From: an uncultured Bacteroidaceae bacterium | GTDB lineage: Bacteria > Bacteroidota > Bacteroidia > Bacteroidales > P3 | NCBI GenBank assembly: GCA_964639765.1 | Contig: CAZXEN010000002.1 | Span: forward strand, 33,338-97,337 | Reading direction: 5' to 3' | Length of the DNA stretch: 64,000 bases | Shown here: positions 28,665-37,634 of the stretch, piece after piece | Position numbering within the stretch: the first letter of the stretch is position 1 | Layout: each line of letters starts with the position of its first letter | Position numbers and translations under genes: made by a program | The notes under the pieces: generated by a model | The model's input: only the letters and a program-made list of their open reading frames with translations | Told to the model about the DNA's origin: nothing | Database searches by the model: none

Positions 28665-29306
28665 ATGTTTAAACTAAAAAAACGTAAAAACAAAATGGAA
28701 ACACAAGAAAAAAATATAAACGAACAGGAAGTGAACAAGGCAGAAAATACTCAGAAAGAAGAGACCACAAACACTGAAGAACAAGCAAAACAAGAAGAAA
28801 GTCAGGATAATACACAGAACGAAGAAGAATCTGAAGAAAAAACAAAAGAAGAGACGACCGAAAGTCTTGGAAATAAACTTCTGGAAATAAATGACAAATA
28901 TCTAAGACTTTATTCTGAGTTTGAAAACTTCAGAAAACGTACAAACAAAGAGCGTTTGGACCTTATAGAAAATGCTTCTGAGAGTCTGATTAAAGACATT
29001 CTTCCTATAATAGATGATTTTGAGAGAGCTTTGCAGACATTGGAAAAAGAAGAAGATGAGAAAGCCCAAAATACAAAAGAAGGTATGACTCTTATCTATA
29101 AAAAACTTCTCTCAACTCTGGAACACAAGGGGCTGAAACCTATAAATGCCAAGGGAGAAGTTTTTGATGAAAACCTGCATGAGGCAGTTTCCCAGCTTCC
29201 AGCTCAAAACGAGGAAGACAAAGGCAAAGTTTTTGATGAAGTTCAAAAAGGATATTATCTTAACAATAAAGTAATAAGATATTCAAAGGTTGTTGTTTCA
29301 ATATAA
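28665..29306 (+). CDS. grpE: Nucleotide exchange factor GrpE
   Basis: The acidic low-complexity N-terminus is followed by the GrpE core (DKYLRLYSEFENFRKR, ILPIIDDFERAL). I chose the ATG at 28665 (alternative 28695) instead of the TTG at 28623. Confidence 0.9.
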   Translation: MFKLKKRKNKMETQEKNINEQEVNKAENTQKEETTNTEEQAKQEESQDNTQNEEESEEKTKEETTESLGNKLLEINDKYLRLYSEFENFRKRTNKERLDLIENASESLIKDILPIIDDFERALQTLEKEEDEKAQNTKEGMTLIYKKLLSTLEHKGLKPINAKGEVFDENLHEAVSQLPAQNEEDKGKVFDEVQKGYYLNNKVIRYSKVVVSI

Positions 29307-29324
29307 ATTTAAGGAGTTTGTTTT

Positions 29325-30503
29325 ATGGCAAAGAGAGATTTTTATGAAGTCCTTGGTGTTGCGAAAAATGCCAGTGAAGATGAGATAAAAAAAGCTTACA
29401 GGAAGCTTGCTTTGAAATATCATCCTGACAGAAATCCAGGAGACAAGGAAGCAGAAGAAAAATTTAAGGAAGCAGCAGAAGCTTACAGCGTATTATCTGA
29501 TAAAGACAAGCGTGCAAGATATGATCAGTTTGGAGAAGCAGGACTTGGAGACGGTGGCGGATTTGGTGCTGGAGGAATAAACATAGAAGATATCTTCTCC
29601 ATGTTTGGAGATGTTTTCGGCGGCAGAGGATTTGGCGGCGGTTTCTCTGGATTCGGAGGAGGCTTTTCTGGATTTGGCGGACAAAGAGGCGGAAGCGGAA
29701 GAAGAGTAAACAAAGGTTCTTCGCTTAGAGTCAAGATGAAACTGACCTTGGAGGAAATTGACAAAGGAGTAAAGAAGAAAATAAAAGTAAACAAGTATAT
29801 CCCTTGTTCTACTTGTGGCGGTTCCGGTGCAAAAGCAGGAAGCGGTATGGAAACATGTTCTCATTGTCATGGCAGCGGTGTTGTTATCCAGACTCAAAGA
29901 ACAATACTTGGACAAATGCAGACACAAAGTGTGTGTCCAAACTGCGGAGGAGAAGGGAAGATAATCAAAGATAAATGCCCTGTTTGTCACGGAGACGGCA
30001 TAGTAAAAGGAGAAGATGTCATAGAAATAGATATTCCTGCAGGCGTAGCAGATGGAATGCAGTTGTCATTCTCTGGTAAAGGCAACGCAGGAGCAAGAAA
30101 TGGCATCGCAGGAGACTTGATTGTATCCATAGAAGAAGAGAAACACGAGAATTTTGAGCGAGATGGCTCCAACCTTTGCCTGCAAACTTACATCACTTTT
30201 GCTCAAGCTGTGATGGGAACAACAATAGAAGTGCCTACGTTAAGCGGAAAAGTAAAGTTCAAGATTGAACAAGGAATGCAAAGCGGCAAGATTTACAGAC
30301 TAAGGGGTAAAGGTCTGCCAGAATTTGGCAATCCTTACAGCAGAGGAGATTTGCTTGTAAGGGTAGATGTTTGGGTTCCTAAGTCTGTAACCAAGGAACA
30401 GAGAGAGTTATTGGAAAAAATGGATTCCATAGACAACTTTAAGCCAAAGCCAAATGCAAAAGAACGAAGTTTCTTTGACAAGATGAAAGATATGTTTTCC
30501 TGA
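29325..30503 (+). CDS. dnaJ: Molecular chaperone DnaJ
   Basis: J-domain with [10 protein letters not shown], a G/F-rich region, and four CxxCxGxG zinc-finger repeats. Confidence 0.95.
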   Translation: MAKRDFYEVLGVAKNASEDEIKKAYRKLALKYHPDRNPGDKEAEEKFKEAAEAYSVLSDKDKRARYDQFGEAGLGDGGGFGAGGINIEDIFSMFGDVFGGRGFGGGFSGFGGGFSGFGGQRGGSGRRVNKGSSLRVKMKLTLEEIDKGVKKKIKVNKYIPCSTCGGSGAKAGSGMETCSHCHGSGVVIQTQRTILGQMQTQSVCPNCGGEGKIIKDKCPVCHGDGIVKGEDVIEIDIPAGVADGMQLSFSGKGNAGARNGIAGDLIVSIEEEKHENFERDGSNLCLQTYITFAQAVMGTTIEVPTLSGKVKFKIEQGMQSGKIYRLRGKGLPEFGNPYSRGDLLVRVDVWVPKSVTKEQRELLEKMDSIDNFKPKPNAKERSFFDKMKDMFS

Positions 30504-30524
30504 TATTTAACCCAAAGGGCTTGA

Positions 30525-31091
30525 ATGTTGCTGTTTATTTCAAAAATAGAGAATCTGTTTGAAAAGTTTGGAAGAGACAATAGCCTGTCCAACAGAGAAA
30601 ATATATCCGTCTTGGCACAGAAATTTTTGATTGACAACCTGAAAAAGCAGAACATTATCACAGATTATACCATTTGCAGGACGGAAAAAGGCAAACCGTA
30701 TTTCGCAAACGAAGATGGTTTGTTTTTTTCTGTCTCCCACACAAACGGTTACATAGCCGTCTGTGTGGATAAACAGGAGATAGGTCTGGATATTGAAAGC
30801 CTTAGGACAGATAAAATCAATATCGCACAAAGATTCTTTCATCAAAAGGAAAAAAAATACCTTGATTCGCTTGCTGACGAGGAAAAAGATGCTGCTTTTA
30901 CTCAGCTCTGGACCATAAAAGAAGCCTACGTAAAAATGACAGGAAGAGGTATCGCAGACAATTTTGACACCGTGGATTTGTCTCCGGAAGAATATCTCTG
31001 CACTCAGAATTATGTCAAGCAGGATGCTGAGATTTTGTCTCAATATTCAGAAGAATATCGCTTGTTTGTTTCAATAGTAAGACGCAAATAG
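30525..31091 (+). CDS. 4'-phosphopantetheinyl transferase (Sfp type)
   Basis: 188-aa ORF with FSVSHTNGY, GLDIE and WTIKEAYVKMTGRG motifs. Confidence 0.75.
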   Translation: MLLFISKIENLFEKFGRDNSLSNRENISVLAQKFLIDNLKKQNIITDYTICRTEKGKPYFANEDGLFFSVSHTNGYIAVCVDKQEIGLDIESLRTDKINIAQRFFHQKEKKYLDSLADEEKDAAFTQLWTIKEAYVKMTGRGIADNFDTVDLSPEEYLCTQNYVKQDAEILSQYSEEYRLFVSIVRRK

Positions 31092-31215
31092 GCTTTTTCC
31101 AAAGACAACAATAAGATATAAAACCAAAAAGAATATTGTTTCACAACAATATTCCCAAAATATACTAAAACAAAAATGATTATGAAAAAATTTATTACGA
31201 TTTCATATCTCTATG

Positions 31216-31302
31216 CGGAAAATATAGGATTCGAACCTATGGTACAGTTGCCCGTACACTTGATTTCGAGTCAAGCCCAATCAACCACTCTGGCAATTTT
31301 CC
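31216..31302 (-). tRNA. tRNA-Ser (anticodon CGA)
   Basis: Hand-folded cloverleaf. The acceptor is GGAAAAT/ATTTTCC and the anticodon stem CTTGA/TCAAG has loop CTCGAAA. It has a long variable arm and the T-arm ATAGG-TTCGAAT-CCTAT. Length is 87 nt. Confidence 0.85.
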
Positions 31303-31405
31303 TTTTTCTCTACTCTCCAAACATTCACCTTCTTCCCCACTCTCCCGCTTTTTCTGTCCAAAGAACCAAACTCTTGTCCTACTATCCTATATCCCAACAA
31401 ACAAG

Positions 31406-31480
31406 TAGCGCATAAGGGATTCGAACCCTTGATTTTGAGAATGAGAATCTCACGTCCTAGGCCAACTAGACGAATGCGCC
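31406..31480 (-). tRNA. tRNA-Glu (anticodon CTC)
   Basis: Hand-folded. The 5' part TTCGTCTAGTTGGCCTAGGAC matches the characteristic tRNA-Glu D-arm. The anticodon stem TGAGA/TCTCA has loop TTCTCAT, and the T-arm is AAGGG-TTCGAAT-CCCTT. Length is 75 nt. Confidence 0.85.
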
Positions 31481-31498
31481 ATTCCTTAAATCAGAGTG

Positions 31499-31506
31499 CA
31501 AAATTA
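31499..31506 (-). promoter_or_regulatory. -7 box TAATTTTG for the tRNA-Glu/tRNA-Ser transcript
   Basis: Exact TAnnTTTG match about 19 nt upstream of the tRNA-Glu 5' end. It is followed by cactct, as in the mini-ORF promoters. Confidence 0.45.
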
Positions 31507-31579
31507 TACAAAAAAAGGTAATTAACAAAGTTTTTCTCAGTTTTTTTTCTTTACTTTGCAGAAATTTTTCAAAAACGAA

Positions 31580-32530
31580 ATGACTGACATTATAAACTAT
31601 TATTCCGAAGAAGAGATAAAAGCATTGACCTCTTGTGAGTTGTGTCCTCATAAGTGCAGAGTCAACAGGCTTGAAGGAGAGAGAGGATATTGCAATGCAG
31701 ATGCTGATATAAATATCGCTTTGATATGTAATCACAAAGGGGAAGAACCTGTTTTAAGCGGCAAAAAAGGTATCTGCAACGTGTTTTTTTCTCATTGCAG
31801 CTGCCAGTGTATCTTTTGTCAGAACAAAAGCATATCCGACAACTCAAAACCGTGCAAAAACAACTATCAAAGTCTGAATGAGGTGATAGAAAAGATTGCC
31901 GAGGTATTAAAAGACAGCGAAAACATAGTCGGTTTTGTTTCTCCAACACCTCATATTCCAGCAATGAGTGTTATCATCCGAGAACTTCACAAAAGAAATC
32001 TTTATCCTCGCTTTGTGTATAACAGCTCTGGATACGAGAATGTCAATATTCTAAGGACTCTGGAGGAAGAAATAGATGTATATCTCCCTGATTTCAAGTA
32101 TGCAAGCAACGATATTGCAAGACGATATTCAAAAATCAACGACTACCCTCTTCATTGTCTCAACGCAATAAAAGAGATGTACAGACAAAAGGGTTCCACT
32201 CTTATCACAGATGAGAACGAAATAGCGGAAAACGGTTTAATTATCCGCCATCTTATCTTGCCCGAACATGTGGAAGAGAGCAAAAAAGTATTGGAAACCA
32301 TATCTATGGAAATATCTTTTTCGCTTACCGTTTCACTTATGGGACAATATTTTCCACCTTTCAAGATAGATAAATACGAAAATCTGAACAGAGTGTTAGG
32401 CAAAGAAGAATATGACAGCGTTGCCGAGCATCTCTATTCTTTGGGCTTATATAAAGGCTGGCTACAAGAACTTTCTTCAGTGGATAGCTGTATCCCCGAT
32501 TTTGATAACGGCAGATTTCTCAATCAATAA
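31580..32530 (+). CDS. Radical SAM protein, PflX-like (COG1313-type PFL-activase homologue)
   Basis: The N-terminal motif is CELCPHKCRVNRLEGERGYC, followed by HKGEEPVLSG and the radical SAM motif CSCQCIFCQN (CX3CX2C). I chose the ATG at 31580. Confidence 0.8.
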   Translation: MTDIINYYSEEEIKALTSCELCPHKCRVNRLEGERGYCNADADINIALICNHKGEEPVLSGKKGICNVFFSHCSCQCIFCQNKSISDNSKPCKNNYQSLNEVIEKIAEVLKDSENIVGFVSPTPHIPAMSVIIRELHKRNLYPRFVYNSSGYENVNILRTLEEEIDVYLPDFKYASNDIARRYSKINDYPLHCLNAIKEMYRQKGSTLITDENEIAENGLIIRHLILPEHVEESKKVLETISMEISFSLTVSLMGQYFPPFKIDKYENLNRVLGKEEYDSVAEHLYSLGLYKGWLQELSSVDSCIPDFDNGRFLNQ

Positions 32531-32542
32531 TCACATATACGG

Positions 32543-32584
32543 AAAAAAGACTTCGTTTGCGTTCTCAGAAACGAAGTCTTTTTC
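32543..32584. terminator. Bidirectional terminator between the radical SAM and LuxC-like genes
   Basis: An 11-bp stem agacttcgttt/aaacgaagtct with a 10-nt loop, an A-run upstream and a T-run downstream. Confidence 0.7.
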
Positions 32585-32607
32585 TCTTAAAACCAAGTTT
32601 TGGAAAA

Positions 32608-33630
32608 TTAAAAGCTTGTTTTATTCAGAAAATCCATAGTATCCACATTGTCGGCATAGTCATCTATATTCGGAGACTGAGCCTTGCCAAAAGGAACGGT
32701 TGGAATTCCGTCGTTGAACTTGAAACTGCCTGCCACAACACACTGCAATTCCTCCTTGTTTTCTTCAACAAAGGATTCTATTTCCTTTTTATCCTTGTAG
32801 AAACAGTAATTCACAACACTTATAGGACAATGTAACTGTCTGTTTTCCTGCAGTAGATAGAAACCTACATCAATAACATTGACATTATTCATTTGAAAAA
32901 CAGCCCGATAATAATCATAATTATTTTTGTATTTATGAAAATCTGCTAAAAAAGAATATTTTTTAAACCTGTTTTTCAACCTTTCCATATCAAAACCTAA
33001 TGGCAGGAACAGCAAAGAAACATTTCTGCAGCCTAAACCCAGATACATAAACACATCATCTTCCAAACCTGAAATATTATCTTCATGTGTAACGACTGCA
33101 ATGGAAGAACGGCTCTTACGGATAATATGCGGACAGTTCCTGAAATAAGATTCAAAATACAGGGAACTGCTATTGCTGCCCGTGGCAATCACAAAATCAA
33201 AATCCTTTATCTTGTCTGTATATGAAATGGGTAGAAGTTCTTGTTTATTTATTCTGTTTAACAGAAAAGGTATCAAGACTTTGTCGTTTGAAGAAAGTTT
33301 TATCTGTACTTCACTGCCTGACAAAAGTCCGCAAAGAATATCATGGAAACTTACAGCAGGAATATTCCCTGCACAAACTATGGCAAGTCTCTTTCTTTTC
33401 TGCTGACAAGGATACCTGTTTGCAAAGTTTTCCAGAATATCTTTCTGTAGCCAAGGAAGGAACTGCTGCAAAGCATACTTTGTATTATCTTCCAGAAACC
33501 ATGGATTTTCACTTCTCACTTTCCTGTACATGGACAAATAAGGCTCTTTGTCCATATTCTCCTCTATATCCTTGCCCAACATAACCAAGGCGTTGATAAT
33601 CTCTTCCCGTTTATCTGTATTCATACCCAT
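32608..33630 (-). CDS. Acyl-CoA reductase-like protein (LuxC family)
   Basis: 340-aa ORF. The N-terminal segment NPWFLEDN...LQQFLPWL and overall size resemble Bacteroidetes LuxC-family proteins. This is a recollection with no catalytic motif verified. Confidence 0.5.
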   Translation of the reverse strand: MGMNTDKREEIINALVMLGKDIEENMDKEPYLSMYRKVRSENPWFLEDNTKYALQQFLPWLQKDILENFANRYPCQQKRKRLAIVCAGNIPAVSFHDILCGLLSGSEVQIKLSSNDKVLIPFLLNRINKQELLPISYTDKIKDFDFVIATGSNSSSLYFESYFRNCPHIIRKSRSSIAVVTHEDNISGLEDDVFMYLGLGCRNVSLLFLPLGFDMERLKNRFKKYSFLADFHKYKNNYDYYRAVFQMNNVNVIDVGFYLLQENRQLHCPISVVNYCFYKDKKEIESFVEENKEELQCVVAGSFKFNDGIPTVPFGKAQSPNIDDYADNVDTMDFLNKTSF

Positions 33631-33752
33631 ATAGTTTCTTTACTAACGAATTTTCTGTTTCTTTATTGCAGAGGATTATTCCTGCAGAAACAAAGTAAAA
33701 ATTCCCTGAACAGCAAAGACTCACAATTCTGTGAGCCATGTGCCTTCTTGTG

Positions 33753-33838
33753 AAAAAACATCAAGACTTTTTTTTCTAAAATCAAGAGTTTACATAAAAA
33801 ACATCAAGACTTTTTTTCTAAAATCCTGATGTTTTTTC
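33753..33838. repeat. A-tract/CATCAAGAC/T-tract units (dispersed repeat family, locus C)
   Basis: The ~30-nt unit aaaaaacatcaagac-T7/8-ctaaaatc is directly repeated at 33753 and 33796, with an intermediate unit aaaatcaagagttt. A terminal inverted copy cctgatgtttttt is also present. Core spacing is 21-22 nt. Confidence 0.8.
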
Positions 33839-33892
33839 TTCAACAAGAATAGTGCTTTATTCTTGTATGATATTTTTTTATGATTTCCTATA

Positions 33893-35932
33893 CTACCAAA
33901 GGTTCAATCTTTCTTTTGGAGCAATATACATCTTGTCTGATGATTTAACATTGAAAGCTTTGTACCACATGTCTATATGAGGCAACGCACCATTCACTCT
34001 CCAACGTCCCAAGGAATGAGGATCGGATTTTGTCTGCTGACGTATAGCCTGTTCTGTTATATTGCTTGCCCAAACACCTGCGTATGCAAGGAAGAATCTC
34101 TGGTCTGCCGTAAATCCGTCTATGACTGGAAGTTCCTTTCCTTTGGTTGCATTCTTGTAAGCATACCATGCAACCTGCAAACCGCCATGGTCAGCAAGGT
34201 TTTCTCCAAGGGTAAGTTGTCCGTTGGCATTAAGGTCTGGCAATACTTTTATCTTGGAGAAGAACTCAGCATATTGTTTGCCTTTTTCCTTGAAGTTCTC
34301 AACATCAGAAGCAACCCACCAGTCTGTCATGTTGCCCTCTTTGTCGTAATGTGAGCCTTGGTCGTCAAATCCGTGAGTCATTTCGTGTCCTATGACAACG
34401 CCAATGGCACCATAGTTGAATGCATCGTCTGCTGTAGGGTCAAAGAAAGGATATTGCAAAATACCTGCAGGGAAACAAATCTCATTGGTTGTAGGATTGT
34501 AGTATGCATTTACTGTCTGTGGGAACATCTGCCACTCATCTATATCCACCGGTTTGCCGGCTTTCTTGTCAAGATTGTCTTTTGTCCAAAAACGGTTGCA
34601 TTCCATAATGTTTTCATAATAAGACTTGCCCGCATCTATTTTCAAAGCAGACATATCTGTCCAAGTATCAGGATAACCTATCTTGACATAGAAAGTAAGG
34701 AGTTTTTCCAAAGCAGCTATTTTTGTTTCAGGTGCCATCCAATCCTGTGCTTTTATTCTCTCTGCAAGAGCAATCTGAAGATTTTTTACAAGTTTTGCCA
34801 TTCTGTCTTTGGAAGACTGAGGAAAGTATTTTTCTGCATACATTTTACCAAGAGCCTCTCCCATTTGTCTTTCAACCTGAGAAGTACAACGACGCCAACG
34901 AGGCTGCATTTCCTTTGAACCTGAAAGAGTCTTGCCAAAGAAATCAAAGTTAGCCTCTGCTATCTCATCACTAAGATAAGAAGCTGCAGATGTGATAACG
35001 TCCCATTCAAGATATGCTTTGTATTCTTCCGGTTTGATTTTAGCAAGTATATCATTCATTCCTTTAACAAAAGAAGGCTGTCCGACTATCATCTGCTGGA
35101 AGTATTCATCTTTTACTCCCATTGCATTCATTGTTTTACGCAATGGAACGTTTGGATACCGTGTTTCAAAATCCTTAAGACTCATCTTGTTGTAGTTGGC
35201 TTCCACGTCCCTAAGTTCTGTGCGTGAAAGAGAAACTTTTGCTATGGCTGTCTCAAGGTTAAGAATGTATTGCATTTTCTTTTTAGCTTCTTTTTCTTTG
35301 AAACCAAAGAGTTTAAACATTCTTACTATGTGGTTTTTGTATGCTTCACGTATTTCTGTTGTGTTAGGGTCGTTGTCCAGATAATATTCTTTCTGGCCAA
35401 GAGTAAGACCACTTTGGTAAATGTTCAGAATATTGTTCTTTGAGTCTTTTTCATCTGCATTGAATCCCATATACATAAATTCCTGAACTCCCATAGGTGC
35501 ATATTTAAGTTGCCAAGCCAAAAGGTCTTTGTTTGTCTTGCAGGCTTCCAATTCTTTTATTGTAGGCATGACAGGCTGTATTCCTTCGCTGTTTCTCTTT
35601 GTTGAGTCCATAGCCATTTTATACAAGTCTGCAAGTTTTCGCTCTGTAGTTCCATGTTTATAGCTTTTCTTCATCAAATCGTTGAGAATGGAGTTAATTC
35701 TCTCGCTGTTGTCTTTAGCCAATTGGTCAAAAGAACCAAAACGGGAATAAGCAGCAGGCAAAGGATTGTTTTTTATCCAGCCACCACAAGCAAATTCATA
35801 GAAATCTTCAGCAGGACTTACTGAAGTGTTAAGGTTTTCAGGTTTTATTCCTGATTTCAATTCTCCTTGTCCCATCGCAACTACACTGCTGCAAGCAAAC
35901 ATCATCATGGGAATAAGTTTTGTCATTTTCAT
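33893..35932 (-). CDS. pepO: M13 family metallopeptidase (PepO / endothelin-converting enzyme-like)
   Basis: 679-aa ORF with a signal peptide. It has the zinc motif VIGHEMTHGFD, a downstream GENLADHGG (ExxxD), and the C-terminal W typical of M13. Confidence 0.9.
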   Translation of the reverse strand: MKMTKLIPMMMFACSSVVAMGQGELKSGIKPENLNTSVSPAEDFYEFACGGWIKNNPLPAAYSRFGSFDQLAKDNSERINSILNDLMKKSYKHGTTERKLADLYKMAMDSTKRNSEGIQPVMPTIKELEACKTNKDLLAWQLKYAPMGVQEFMYMGFNADEKDSKNNILNIYQSGLTLGQKEYYLDNDPNTTEIREAYKNHIVRMFKLFGFKEKEAKKKMQYILNLETAIAKVSLSRTELRDVEANYNKMSLKDFETRYPNVPLRKTMNAMGVKDEYFQQMIVGQPSFVKGMNDILAKIKPEEYKAYLEWDVITSAASYLSDEIAEANFDFFGKTLSGSKEMQPRWRRCTSQVERQMGEALGKMYAEKYFPQSSKDRMAKLVKNLQIALAERIKAQDWMAPETKIAALEKLLTFYVKIGYPDTWTDMSALKIDAGKSYYENIMECNRFWTKDNLDKKAGKPVDIDEWQMFPQTVNAYYNPTTNEICFPAGILQYPFFDPTADDAFNYGAIGVVIGHEMTHGFDDQGSHYDKEGNMTDWWVASDVENFKEKGKQYAEFFSKIKVLPDLNANGQLTLGENLADHGGLQVAWYAYKNATKGKELPVIDGFTADQRFFLAYAGVWASNITEQAIRQQTKSDPHSLGRWRVNGALPHIDMWYKAFNVKSSDKMYIAPKERLNLW

Positions 35933-35971
35933 TATTTTATCTACTTTTTATTAGTTTTGATTTTGAATGTG

Positions 35972-35979
35972 CAAAGATA
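35972..35979 (-). promoter_or_regulatory. -7 box TATCTTTG for pepO
   Basis: Exact TAnnTTTG match 40 nt upstream of the start at 35932. Confidence 0.45.
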
Positions 35980-36080
35980 TAATCTTTTTACGAAACTGCA
36001 AAAATTAAAACACAAAAGACAAGCACATCCTGAAGAAAATACTTGTCTTAGGCTGATTCTTGGAATTATTCTGTTTATAG

Positions 36081-36114
36081 AAAAAATACAATGGATAAGT
36101 AAATATTTACTTAT
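36081..36114 (-). terminator. Candidate terminator of the fdx-hydS-PP2C-fdx operon
   Basis: A perfect 20-nt palindrome ataagtaaat/atttacttat (36095-36114) lies 10 nt after the stop. On the minus strand a T6 run follows within 8 nt. The stem is AT-rich, so this is tentative. Confidence 0.35.
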
Positions 36115-36123
36115 TCTGTGATT

Positions 36124-36360
36124 TTATATCTGTTTTTCTATTTCTTCTACAATTTTTTCTGGAGTTGCTTTTTCTATAATCACTTCACCAACTTTGGCGT
36201 ATGGAGGTTTAGCATTGTCTTCTTTGCAACCAAGACACGAAGAAGAAAGCACTGTTATTTTGTCGTGCAGGTTTTGAGGAATATAATTCTTCCATTGAGC
36301 CAGTTGACTACCTCCCATAAGATAGCAATATGTCCCTACACAAATTCGTACTGTTACCAT
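36124..36360 (-). CDS. Thioredoxin-like [2Fe-2S] ferredoxin-like small protein
   Basis: 78-aa ORF with four Cys arranged CVGTYC ... CLGC (Cx4C-x38-Cx2C). It is the last gene of the hydS cluster. Confidence 0.6.
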   Translation of the reverse strand: MVTVRICVGTYCYLMGGSQLAQWKNYIPQNLHDKITVLSSSCLGCKEDNAKPPYAKVGEVIIEKATPEKIVEEIEKQI

Positions 36361-36421
36361 GAGTCTGTTATTATTTTTAATTGTTCCTTATATTATATAA
36401 CGTAATTTTTTGTCCAATATT

Positions 36422-37618
36422 CTAAATAAACTCCAAATTTATTGTTTTTAGCAGTTTATTTTCTATCAAACGTTTTATTCTTTTCATCACATTACGTCTT
36501 ATTTCCAGCTCAACAGGTAAGGAAGGATCTTGGTGTGCTACGTTTATTTTAGTTCCTACGAGAATATCTATAATATCGGCATCCATAACATATTTCAAGA
36601 TATTCCATGCCGGGTCGTTCTGTGGCAAGTCATTGAATTTATCCTCTTCCAGCAGTTTGCTTAATGCTCCAAGAGTGATAATTCCTTCAGTGACCAAGTC
36701 TATACCCTCAATGTGTGACTCAGGAGGCAGACCTGAGGCTATTTTGTCCAAATCCATATCCACTTCTATCTCCCGGTTCAACTCTCTTGCTATGATTTGT
36801 GAGGTTGTCCCTCCACAGACTATTTTCTTGCCATCATAGGAAGAGATAACCTCTGCCAGATATTTGTCCTTTTCTTCACTGAAAGGAGGTCCTGAACAGA
36901 TAAGAAGCTTTCTTGGTTCACGTACATAAATACTTACACAAGATATATCATCTTTGGATTTGAAACCATCATTCATTTCAGCCTTTCTTACAATTCTTCT
37001 GGCCAACTCTCTTGCAGATATATTACTGTTTTGTCTCAACAGGTTTTCTATAAAGCCTTCCACTCCATCATCCCAGCCAAATGGCATATCCATTTTTCCC
37101 ATTCCACTCTGAGAAACACCATCTGAATAAACCACAAGCCTATCACCTTTTTTCAGTGAAAGTTCTGTAAGTTTAAGTATTCTTTCGTATGTGTTTATCT
37201 CTGCATTCTCATTAATCTTATATGTCTTGGGATTAAGATGCTCTACCTTTCCGTTTCTGATAAGAAGCAATGGCGGAGTATCAAACTCTGCTATCTTTGT
37301 TTCTCCGTTTTGATCTATGTCTATAATAGTAAAAGTAGCGTATGAAATATTTCTTTTGCTGTCAACAGGAAGAGTGTCCATGATAGTACGAGCAGTACGC
37401 ATTATAGGTTCTCTCTTGATAGAAAAATTCATAGCCATGGAGGCCGTCATAGTACTAAGTACATTGGCTTTTATTCCGCTGCCTAATCCATCGGACAATA
37501 CAGCTATACAACGTTCCTGATTAGCTACCTTGTGTAAAAGGACAGTATCTCCACAAGCAAAGTTACCATTCTTGTTTATCTGAAAACAGCCAGCCTCTAC
37601 AAATATATTTTCTGCCAT
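36422..37618 (-). CDS. PP2C/SpoIIE family Ser/Thr protein phosphatase with an unassigned ~170-aa C-terminal domain
   Basis: 398-aa ORF with PPM motifs FACGDT, VLSDGLGSGIKA and VVYSDGVSQSG. It starts 16 nt after the hydS-like stop. Confidence 0.8.
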   Translation of the reverse strand: MAENIFVEAGCFQINKNGNFACGDTVLLHKVANQERCIAVLSDGLGSGIKANVLSTMTASMAMNFSIKREPIMRTARTIMDTLPVDSKRNISYATFTIIDIDQNGETKIAEFDTPPLLLIRNGKVEHLNPKTYKINENAEINTYERILKLTELSLKKGDRLVVYSDGVSQSGMGKMDMPFGWDDGVEGFIENLLRQNSNISARELARRIVRKAEMNDGFKSKDDISCVSIYVREPRKLLICSGPPFSEEKDKYLAEVISSYDGKKIVCGGTTSQIIARELNREIEVDMDLDKIASGLPPESHIEGIDLVTEGIITLGALSKLLEEDKFNDLPQNDPAWNILKYVMDADIIDILVGTKINVAHQDPSLPVELEIRRNVMKRIKRLIENKLLKTINLEFI

Positions 37619-37634
37619 AGGAAGATAGTTTTTA

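Noticed and set aside
29493-29990. 165-aa and 89-aa minus-strand ORFs ([13 protein letters not shown]...) inside dnaJ
   Set aside because: They are antisense reading of the DnaJ G/F-rich linker. There is no independent support.
31176-31415. 79-aa plus-strand ORF
   Set aside because: It overlaps tRNA-Ser, the pyrimidine-rich spacer and the start of tRNA-Glu on the opposite strand. It is explained by those features.
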